From assembly GCA_010015585.1 (NCBI GenBank), contig ML975157.1: 64,000 nucleotides of DNA, one strand, 5' to 3'. Positions 53,944 to 64,000 of this stretch are shown piece after piece. Positions within the stretch are counted from its first letter, which is position 1. Every line of letters begins with the position of its first letter. This DNA comes from Eremomyces bilateralis CBS 781.70. Taxonomy: Eukaryota. The notes beneath the pieces are model-generated. The model searched no databases and was not told the DNA's origin. It saw only the letters and a program-made list of their open reading frames with translations. The position numbers were made by a program, and so were the translations under genes.

Positions 53944-56774
53944 ACAGTCCAGGGGTCTTAACCCTTAAGTAAATGTTAAATAAGAAAACCATGAGCTCGC
54001 TCAATTAGCATTTCTCCGAATCGGTACAGTAGTCATCAAGTACTGATATCTACCTGATAGGACCGATAACCCCGGGGAACCTCGTTACATATGGGATGCA
54101 CTTCGTACTCTGTGTGCTACTGAATTTCCCTATACGGTATAGCGCGCCATATCAGGCATAGCGCTCTCCCATTTCTAAATCTTCAAATCCTCGAAATATA
54201 AATACTACTACCTACCTCCTAATCTCTTGATAACCCTCTTCTGCCTCTACCTTTCGGTTTCCTTTTCTTCTTGCTTCGCCCTGCCTACTAATCGGGCCCT
54301 TGCTTGCATCATTTTTACCAGCTGAATCACCTGCCGACCTGCACTGCGCCCTACGCAAGATTACCCTCCCTCCTATTCTATTCCATACTTGACCACTCAC
54401 TCCTCATAGCACCCTCTAGATAGTGAGTATATATGCGGTTTTTCTTCCCCCTTTGATGTTACATTTCCTCACAGATTATCGGAGCTCCTCGCTTAACCTA
54501 ACAGTACCATCACGATCTGTGTCCCTAGAGCGCATCCCTTACTCGGCGTCCCCGTCTCCTAAGGCCTATCCCATCGCTGTCACGAGTTGGCTACGGCACT
54601 CGTGAGCTACCTCGACAGAGGACCTTTATATACTGAATTACCTCAATCAACACCGACTTTGGTTTAGTCATGTTGGTGTCCTTTTAGCGTAGTGGTTAGC
54701 GCGTCACAATCGCTTCTACATTCTTGTTTCCATGGCTTTTCGAACGTCAAACTCGATAGGCTTAATCCGTCGACCCTTTCCCCACTCATTTTAACGTACT
54801 CGCTTCTCTCTATCCTTTTCCTCCGAGGTCTGAGCTTATGCCATAGATTATAGCCACCGCCCTCCCTCTCCCCTACTCGTTACTTTATGCATTATACACA
54901 CACCTTCGAGCCTCGACTATTCCGGATCTTTCGTCGCTTTCGTCTCAGACCGCATCATCAATCAAGTTACACCAATCATAGACAGGAGGCGCACCTTCTC
55001 GAACCGGCTAACCTTGATGCTCGGCCACATCTCCCCGTGCACCGCATGATCATGATCGCATAATGATGAACGTGATCGCCTGATCCCTTTATCTTATTCG
55101 AATCGACGGTGGTTTTATACGGACACTGGCATGGGCATTCTATGATTGAATAGGAATTTGGAGTGGACAACTATCCGCCAGTCGGTTTCTGGCTTGAATA
55201 CTTGGAATTGAAGACGCCAGCCTCGGGCCCTTGGACCCTGCTATTCATACGAAAAGTTTCGAGGCGCAGCCCAACACCTTTCAAAGGATCCAGTGAGGCT
55301 GAGCCTGGTAAATTCGGCGATACCGGCAACATTGACGGCGACGATGACGGCGAAGCATTTTGATCCATGAAGGCTTTGCAGTGTGACCGCTCCCGGATAC
55401 GCTCCCGCACGCAACTCATCCATGCATGCTCGAACCGCCTCGAAGGGCCATGGGTCCAATTGCCCTTCTGCTTGAGGTTCGCGATAAGCCACGCGATCTT
55501 ACCCGGGTTTGTATCGCTTTCTTCTCCAACTCCGGATAAATCGAAGCTGGGACTCGTTTTGCTACCGGTAAAGGTGAACTCTCTGTTTTCTTTCGCTTAG
55601 GCAATCTCGCAATTCGTGTACACAGTAAATTCCGTTTACAGGGTAGGGGGCTCTAGTTCCGGCGGACCGAGCCGGGTCAGCCATGGGTCGTGCAGATCAG
55701 TTGCACACGAGGGACCCACCACTTATTTGAGCTTTCCTTCAAAACTTCCTTTTGTGCAGTATCAAAATCCCCGTCTCGCTCCCGTCCTTGTACTATGGTT
55801 GTCGTACAGTATCAATTCTTAGTGAGTTAGTGTACTCAATCGGCTTAATGGTTTGCAAATCCAGCTTCGTCTTTTGCACGTATAGATTCATTCAAACCCC
55901 TATAGTACAAGGCGCCTTGCAAATGGCCCAGTTGATCACTCGCTACCAGCCCTGATAATCTGGAGCTGGCTGTTCTGTGGTGTTTTAGGGGGTTCACATG
56001 GGCTTGGAAATTCTCTGTCATCTGATTTAGTTCGACGAATCCAATTTCCAGTCGTTCACGGGTATCTACATAAGGATCATGGCGGATGCTCGCGTTCGAC
56101 TCGCTACACCCAAATGGTTAGAGCAACGGTGTGTTATCATGTGTCGAAGCTTGAGTGATAGCAAAGATCATAAACACTAAAACACATACTGGGTATCGTA
56201 TGGAAGCTCTGGTCACATGAACTCGATTTTCCGCGTGTGAATTGCTGTCACCCCTCTACATAAATCTGCGATTCAGATCACTTCTTACTTACTTTCACTC
56301 ATACTCCCGCTTTCAATACTTACTTCTTCTATTATTGGTTTTCCATTCACTCCCCCAGGCAACCACTCACTCCCCTAGGCAACCTTGTTCTTGCTGGGTG
56401 AATTGAGCATTATCTCCTTTTCTTCCTTTTCTTCCCTTTCTTCCCTTTCTTCCCTTTCGCTTCGGCTCTCTCCTCTCCACCACTTCCAGTCCTCCACCTT
56501 CATCCGTTGCCCACGGTCACCTCAAAATTCCATACCACGTCCGCTCGCCTCTAACAAGTTAACATCATCTGGAGAAGGCTTCCTAAGTTAATTCAATTGT
56601 GGTACCACAAAGTCTCATTCCAAGAGGTTTGTCTTTTCTCATCTCCACTGAAAGTTGACACACTAACTCACATAGGTTACTCCAGGCATAGCTGTGACTT
56701 TCAGGGGAACCCGAAAGCCTACCATCACCAAACTCTCAACTCTTCCTCAATCGATTTCTTGCTTTGTTACCGAA

Positions 56775-58070
56775 ATGCCGTCTGCAGCGATGGATGATCA
56801 GGTTGCCAAACGGCCCATGAATTCTTGGTTGGCTTTTCGATGTACATCGACTCTGACTCTCGTTTTGAATTATCGCTAACCATAAATGAAAGCCTTCTAT
56901 TGCACCATATTTGATGGAGTGCCTCAGAAAGAGCGCTCTAGCTTCCTTCGTCAGATGTGGAGCAATGAGCTCTTCCAAGCCAAGTGGGCCATTGTCGGGA
57001 AGTCTTACTCGATTATCCGTGACAAAGTTGGGAAGCAGAATGCAAATCTCACCGAATTCATGGAATTGGTTGCTCCTATCATTGGGATCATCCACCCCGA
57101 CGACTACCTAGAGATGATGGGTTGGGAAATCTGCAAGGTGAATGAAGACCACAAACTCATCCGCGTCGTGGAGCCCGACCTCAATGACTTTGATGAATCC
57201 ATCAAGTCAACCACAATGTCTGCCCACGATGTTATCAAGTACTACCGTGACTCTGGCTACACTGACTTGGAGGACTCAGTGATAGGTAAGCCACTCTTTC
57301 TATTTAAAGCAAGCAGTCACTTACTCAACGCCACAGATGAGAGCAGCGTGAATAGTGGCAACTTGACCATGACGTCCAAGCCTAAGAAGAACGCGAAGAG
57401 CAATCACCTAGTCAAGAATGCGCTCAGAATCGAAGCAGATGTCTCATCAACTGGTTCTGACCCGGCTTCGTTTGCGTCCAATGGCAACAACGCCTGTACC
57501 TTCAGCTCCAACGGACAATCTGCTGTTCCTCCTGCAGCCAACGGCAATGTCGCTGCTGGGAGTGTGGCGAACTTGCACATTGGCCAGATCTTTAATGGAT
57601 TCGTCTGGAACGGCGCTGAGTTCGTGCTCCCGGGCAGCAATGCGGACCACAACTTGAACAACACAGCTGCTGTGCCTCCTCCTGTTGCAGCGACTGCGCA
57701 GCGTCATCGAGCTTATCCTGAACCGCCCTCTATTATCGGTCGCTTTGATTGTGCGCTTGGCTACTCGCGACCCCCTAGCAATCTTCCCTGGCTCGGCTGG
57801 CAAGTGCATATGGGAGGAGCTGCAAATGCTTCACGACTCCATGCTCTTGGAATATTGCTCCATAATGGAGCAGCGCACCAGGCGACTATCAATCCCGGTG
57901 TCCTTCAGCTTCAGCCCTCAGCCGTTGCTCAAACGCCTGGCGCGATGACTGTTCCGACCGCCCCGACCGCTCCATCTGCTCCATCTGCTCCGACTGCCCC
58001 GACTGCTCCGACTGCTCCGACTGCCGGGCCCTCCGTAGCGGCCTCTGGTACCTCTGGTTCGAACCCTTGA
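56775..58070 (+). CDS. MAT1-1-1: Mating-type alpha-box transcription factor MAT1-1-1
   Basis: KRPMNSWLAFRS|FY..F...PQKERSSFLRQMW..ELFQAKWAIVGKSYSIIRD..F..LVAPIIGIIHPDDYLEMMGWEI, with the alpha-box intron 56842-56892 at its usual position. Probable second, in-frame intron 57286-57336. Confidence 0.95.
57954..58025 (+). repeat. 9-bp coding tandem repeat x8 (PTA/PSA) in the MAT1-1-1 tail
   Basis: CCGACCGCC CCGACCGCT CCATCTGCT CCATCTGCT CCGACTGCC CCGACTGCT CCGACTGCT CCGACTGCC. Confidence 0.9.
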
Positions 58071-59353
58071 GTTCTGATCATTTAGTTCCCCGTCTTCCGC
58101 AGCCTTGGCCCCCTCTTGCGGACGCTTTTTATAGCAACACTGTCAATGCAGATAACTCTTGACCGACAGTTGGAAGTTACTACCGACCACTAGAGTGTTT
58201 TGACCTGGCTAGTCCTCTGTTATTCTGGTCATGAAAGCGGTTTTTAAGATACTAACCGTGGAAGGAGTATGGCACAACTTAGTTTCGGGCGAGGTCCTAA
58301 GGGGGATGATTGTTGCTTATTATGCAAAGGAGCACATGGCGCCGACACATTATTCATATGCAATCATATCTGTTCAACAGAAGACCCTCGGGTTCGTTGG
58401 ACTTGTCCTTTTTTGAGTGATAAATATCGCATCGCTTCCGGTCCATCGATATGCCCCATGGAGCCCAAACCTAAGCGGAAACATTTGCTCCTTTGATGAA
58501 TCAGAAGAGCCCTCCTGGCCCATGTCCTTACGCGAATCGCAGCGCCCCTGTCTCCGATGTAATCGAAATATATTTGAACATGAATGACTGAGTTGGCTTA
58601 TGATACAAGGCGAGCTCTAGTTAGAAGAAGATATATCTAGTTAGTCTTAAAATTCAATTCAAAGATGGACGGTGGCTCCACTATGGAGCCGTAGCGATTA
58701 ACAGCATCATGCTTCTGAAAATAGCGTGGAGGCATTGAAATTCGAAGGTCAGAGAACTGAAGACTGAGAGAATTAAAGTCCAAAATCAGAACCCCTAAAT
58801 GTCCTGGGAAAGACTGCGTTCCCGTAGGTATGGACGATGGAGCAAGGGTCCGACCCGTGCAAGGCCGTCGGTTGGCACTACGTCAGAGTGCTTTGGAGTA
58901 ATATCGCCAGTAACGAAGTGAGAGCGTTTCGCCTAAGCGGAAAGCCCTCTGAAAACGGCTTTAGAATCCCCCGTTGTTGGAGCCAATTTCGGTAGCACAA
59001 CGTTACTACGTACTCCTTACAAGTTACAACACGGAAATATGAATGCATGTGATGATCTCCTGCCCCAGCCACCCAGCCTCTGCTCTGCTGGTGCCGGTAT
59101 TGCCGAACTCCGAACTCCCGCATTGGCTCCAGTCGGCTCCAGGAACCGATGGCGCTTCTCGGTCGCGTCGCGTCCAGTCCTGGATTTACACTCCAGGGAT
59201 TCGCGCGCAAGGCGCGAGATGCAGGTATCCGACAGAATGGTTCCAAGATCACCATCGCCGCCCACCCTGCACCTATTTCTCGTCCACTACCTAATATTGC
59301 TGCTTTGAATTTTGTATACCCGGAGTCCTTAGTCTTGGTTCACCGAATTCATA

Positions 59354-60984
59354 ATGGTAGGTTGTCCGATATGTGGTCATCCCGTCCGCGAAAAGGACAT
59401 CAACGCCCACCTCGACTCCGACTGCGCCGACTTCATCTACGACCCATCCGACGACGGGCCCCCCAAGCCCGCCGGAACCCCCGTATCGACCTTCTTCACT
59501 CCGGCGTCTGCAAAGCCGCCTCGCAAAAGTCCTCCACCCACAAACGGCGTCCCGTCGACAGACACCGGCCCGCAAGGTCCCCCCAACGGCACGAAACGCA
59601 AGCTCGACGATGCCGCCGCCCCCTCCCAACCCTCTCCCTCCGAAACGGCCACCAAGCGCTCTAAACTCTCCAATCTCGACCGCGTCGCCCCACTCGCCGA
59701 CCGCATGCGCCCGCGCACCCTCTCCGACGTCGCCGGCCAAGACCTCGTCAGCCCGCACGGCATCCTCCCCAGTCTCCTCGAGGAAGGTAAAGTCCCGTCG
59801 ATGATCCTCTGGGGCACGCCAGGGACAGGCAAGACGACGATCGCGCGGCTGGTGGCGGCGGGGGTGGGCGGCCGGTGCGTGGAGATCCACAGCACGAGCT
59901 CGGGGGTGGGGGAGTGCAAGCGGATTTTCGCGGAGGCGCGAGGGGAGCTGGCGATGACGGGGCGGCGGACGGTGCTGTTTTGCGATGAGATTCATCGGTT
60001 TACGAAGGCGCAGCAGGATGTGTTTTTGGGGCCGGTGGAGGCAGGTAAGTCGTGGTGTGGAGGATGTGTGGGTGGATGGGGCTGATTGGAATAGGGCAAA
60101 TTACGTTGATCGGAGCGACGACGGAGAATCCGTCTTTTAAAGTGATTAATGCGTTGCTATCCCGATGTCGCGTATTTACGCTTTCGAAACTCTCGGAAAC
60201 GGATATCCTTTCCATCTTGCATCGAGCGATGGCGCAGGAAGACCCGGACGGCACAAGCGCTGCCCTCCTAGACGAAGAAATGCTAACCTACATCGCCCGC
60301 TTCGCATGCGGAGACGCCCGCACCGGCCTCAACCTCCTTGAGCTGGCCCTATCTCTCGCCAAACAACCGACCGTCACCCGTGCCACCCTCCAGCAATCCC
60401 TCACCAAAACCGTCCTCTATGACCGCGCGGGCGACTCGCACTACGACACCATCTCCGCCCTCCACAAATCCATCCGTGGCTCCGACCCTGACGCCGCGCT
60501 GTTCTACCTCGCGCGTATGCTCCACGCCGGCGACGACCCGCTCTTCATCGCCCGTCGGCTGATCGTCGTCGCGTCGGAGGACGTCGGGCTTGCCGACGCC
60601 TCGATGCTGCCGCTAGCCACGGCGGCGCACGCGGCGGTGGAGAAGGTCGGGATGCCGGAGGCGAGAATTAATCTTGCGCACGCGGTGGTGGCGTTGGCGC
60701 GTGCGCCGAAGAGCACGAGAGTGTATCGGGGGCTGGGGGCGGCGATGGCGATGGTGGAGGAGGTGGGGTCGGATGGGGTGGGGATGGAGGTGCCGGCGCA
60801 TCTGCGGATGGGGGTCAGCAAGCTGCTGAAGGAGATGGGGGTCGGGGTGGGGTATAAGTACAACCCGGATTATGAGGATGGCAGGGTGAAGCAGGAGTAC
60901 TTACCCGAGGCGATCCGGGGCCGAACATTCCTGGAGGATCGGGATTTAGGGACGAAGGTCGATCCGGATCTTGATGATACGTAG
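59354..60984 (+). CDS. MGS1: MgsA/WRNIP1 AAA+ ATPase with an N-terminal UBZ finger
   Basis: CPICGHPVREKDINAHLDSDC, PLADRMRP, WGTPGTGKTTIAR, FCDEIHRFTKAQQD, intron 60045-60094, LIGATTENPSF, HYDTISALHKSIRGSD, ASEDVGLAD. Confidence 0.96.
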
Positions 60985-60996
60985 TGACGACCCAAT

Positions 60997-62242
60997 TTAT
61001 CGCACAGCGGCTCTTGCGGATGGGAAATTGCGTGAACTCAGTAGCACGCCTTTGACGCCACGTATATCCGCCTTCACCGCGTCGACCGCATCGATCTTGC
61101 CCGTCCCCGATCCTGCGGTGGAGTTCATGGAGTAGTTGAAGGTGTTCAGGCCGCTCATGCCGTAGTAGGGGCTGGAATACGTGATCCCAGTCAGGTAGCT
61201 ACTCAAGTCCCGGACCTGCTCGTCCATCGCGTCGTTGCTGGATTTGGACGTCTTGGCCGACTCGATCATCTGCTGGAGACGGTCCGATATCGACTGCAAC
61301 TTGGCCTCCTGATCCGTAACAGCATCCCGTGCTGCTTCGGGAAGACCGCTTAGGCTGTCGGGGCCAACCGAGCCGCGACGGGACAGCGCCGGCGATGTCT
61401 GAACTCCAATATCCCGGTGAAACAGCTCGGTGGGGTCCGAATCGCTGGAGGAATCCGATAGTTGATCCGCCTCGACCAGCTGGTTGACTTGGTCTTTGAG
61501 CGTTAGGGGCATAGCCGGTACTGTGGATACAGTGTCGGTCAACCGGTCGTTCAGAGTCGTCAGATGTTCCTGGGTATGGTTGAAGAAGTCATGTCGCGTC
61601 TCGGAGAGGCTCTCCACCAGCGGCTCGACCAAGAACTTCGACGCGCCGTATATGACTGCGGCGGTGGTGCCGGAGGCATATAGAATGTTCCACAGCAAGT
61701 TGGCAGTGATTAGAGGAGGCTTCTTGGCCGAATGCGTAAGGAATTCGGGATATGTGATGATGGGAGGGATATCTTTGGTCGATTGTTTCACAGCCGGCGT
61801 CTCTACCTTCGCAACCGGTGTCTGTATCTTCGCAGCCGGCGCCGAGGGCTGGAGCGTGTTAGGATAAACGACGTTGAAAATAGATACTACGAGCACTAAC
61901 CTGATTATCTGCCTCTTTCACGACCTCTTCCACAGATTGAACCTCTGGACCCAATAACGTCTCTGCATCGGACCGCGGAATCCCCTTCGACTCCAGGAAA
62001 GCCACCTTCCGCTCTCGCGATGCATCCTGGATACTTGGGTCCTGCAGGAACTTCGTAGCTTGGTCCCGGAGACTGGCTTCGGCGGATGCGGCATCCACAT
62101 CCCCAACTGCAACTTCTGCAGTTTTCTTTTCCGGAGAATCGCCCTTTGGTGAAGATGCCACAGCTGCTTCACCATCGGAATGCCCAGGTTGGGCACGCTG
62201 CCATGACGGAATACCGGCGGCGTCTTTCTTGGAGAATGCCAT
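60997..62242 (-). CDS. PEX33: Peroxin Pex14/17 (Pex33), docking-complex component of filamentous fungi
   Basis: IPSWQR; Pex14_N-like QATKFLQDPSIQDASRERKVAFLESKGI; intron 61900-61849; PPIITYPEFL; DPTELFHRDIGVQT; VKADIRGVKGVLLSSRNFP. Confidence 0.85.
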
Positions 62243-62423
62243 GTCGATTATGTCTAGAATTTCTCAACAACTCTGAACTCTGGAAATGTCTGACTGGTTA
62301 TAAGAAATAATCATTCAATTGAAAAGGTCTAGGATGAGCAAATGCATGTGCAGTGGACGTCAGAGTACGTTTCCCTTGAACCCTTCGGGACCTGAGGCTT
62401 GTGAGACGGGAGGCGATGGATTG

Positions 62424-62429
62424 CCTCGG
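62424..62429 (+). promoter_or_regulatory. Candidate FarA/FarB site in the PEX33-PEX26 bidirectional promoter
   Basis: CCTCGG hexamer roughly central in the 433-bp intergenic region; this is the known Far motif of fatty-acid and peroxisome genes in Aspergillus. Confidence 0.45.
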
Positions 62430-62675
62430 CTTGTGGTTCGGTGATTCCTTCCTCCCGTAAGATCCGATGTCACTGGACCGCTGCACCACTGGCGGCAACC
62501 ACGTTCACTGCACCTGCCACTCCACTTCCACCTCCACCTCCATGCACACCTCCCGCGAATCCTCATTCCTCCGCGTCCAACACCTTCACTTCGGAATGCC
62601 GACAAAGGAGTAAAGACCAACTCACCACCATCGGCCTATAACATGGATCCGGGATAATGCTCGCGTACACTGACA

Positions 62676-64000
62676 ATGACCTCCGAGATTGATTCCTCTC
62701 CCACTGCATCAAACGGCGCCATGCCTGGATACGCGAACCACTACCCTCCCGCTGACGACCTGTCGTCCTCCCGTATGCTCTCCACCTCCGTCGGCTCCCT
62801 CTCCTCCTCCCGACATCAGCAGTCGCAGATCGCGAAGACCTATCGCCAAGCCGCTCAGCTGTTCCTGACTCGACGTCTGCCGGAAGCGTTGTCGACCATC
62901 GAACCCGTCATCACACCTCAGCTTCCCGAGGGCTCGGCCGATGTCCCGTTCGATACACATGAGGACTCGCAGAAGCCGAGGGCGGTGGCTCCCATTGCGT
63001 CGGCCTCGCGTGGGACTCGTATCAAAGTATGGAGCTTCTATCTGACCTTCCTCAATGCGGTCGTGGAGCTGGGACACGAGGAGGGGAAGCATGCGTTCGG
63101 CAGTAGCAAATGGCGCGCATTGGTCGCCAAGGCGCGAGATGGCAGCGTATGGGAAGAGGTGGTGCAGAATGGATATGGGGGAAGTGAAAGCGATGTTGAT
63201 CCGGATGTGGTCATCAATCTGTAATGCCCCCGAACTGTACTCATATGCGGCGTTTGACTGACCCTTCTGCAGTGCGACCCTTCTCTTGACACATTGCCCG
63301 GCTCAGACCCTCAACCAACAACGGTTGGAGACATATCTCTCCGCAACAGCAAATCCCACCTTCGACATCACCTCCCGATTATCCTCGTCACAGGGCCTCC
63401 ACCACATCCCCAAGCGATACTCTCCCCCAACCCCCGGCGGAGGCACATCGACGCCCCGAGACCTCAACACCCGGTTAAAGTTGCTCGAACTGTACACCCT
63501 CCACGTCCTCCCGCGCAACGGCGAATGGGAGTATTCCCGCGAATTCATCATGATGAGCGAGGTCCTCGACGACGAACGCAAGGAAGCCTTCCTCGCGGCG
63601 CTCCACTCCCTCAAGGAAGAACGGGAGCAAGCCGAGGAACGGGAGCGCGAGCTCGAGCAATCCCGGGAAGAAGAGATGGAAGCCCGTCGCCGCGAAACCG
63701 AGAAGGAGGCCGACGAGGAGAGAAAGCGGCTGCAGCAGCTGGAGAAGGACGAGCAGCGACGGCGGCAGGATGAGAAGAGACGACGAGCGCCCGTGCAGCC
63801 GGACGCGGTCAGGCCGGAGAGCAGACCCAATCCAATATCAAGATCATCGGGTGCCGCAAGGGAAGATCGACCGGCGCGAAGACCGAGGAAGGCACCACCG
63901 AGTCTCTATAAGCGATTCGGCGCCATGTTTGGTGCGCTCCAGACGCTTCTCCTCAACACCGCGCAAGGACTACGAGCCCGACCGCTGGCTCTGCTGCAGA
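62676..64000 (+). CDS. PEX26: Peroxin Pex26 (runs off the window end)
   Basis: [56 protein letters not shown] (intron 63221-63272), [38 protein letters not shown]. Confidence 0.88.

Noticed and set aside
54602..54703. Circularly permuted tRNA gene
   Set aside because: The putative upstream 3' half lacks the TTCRA T-loop and no anticodon arm can be formed; kept only as a fragment-level observation.
56345..56460. Short direct repeat (TCACTCCCCYAGGCAACC x2) and TTTCTTCCC repeats upstream of MAT1-1-1 as mating-type switching repeats
   Set aside because: Adjacent slippage-type duplications in a pyrimidine-rich promoter; they flank no gene and are far shorter than known switching repeats.
58674..58690. 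GGCTCCA-cta-TGGAGCC hairpin as a Helitron 3' end
   Set aside because: Only a 7-bp stem, no CTRR terminus at the expected distance, and no other Helitron features.

Overview
Gene-dense genomic DNA of a filamentous ascomycete (Pezizomycotina), judged by short GT..CTRAY..AG introns, a PEX14/17 gene and a MAT alpha-box gene. In order: a C2H2 transcription factor with a ~10 kb gene-free upstream region; an uncharacterised protein; a ZrfC-type ZIP zinc transporter head-to-head with a nicotianamine synthase (shared ~1 kb promoter with CARGGT zinc-response-like motifs); SHB17-like phosphatase; ARG5,6; a second ZIP transporter; a mariner-type MITE next to an intronless bacterial-type alpha/beta hydrolase; BAR-SH3; Acinus-like; a Zn2Cys6 gene apparently broken by an internal ~882 bp inversion; IWR1; a LysM-family-like protein lacking LysM; RMI1; USP34-like protease; BNA3; a MAT1-1-1 gene without its usual flanking genes; MGS1; and a divergent PEX14/17-PEX26 pair. 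The best candidate for a new system is the ZrfC-NAS pair, a possible small-molecule zincophore module in the position where the protein zincophore Aspf2/Pra1 is normally found. Exon boundaries were read by eye, and family assignments come from recognised motifs, not database searches.
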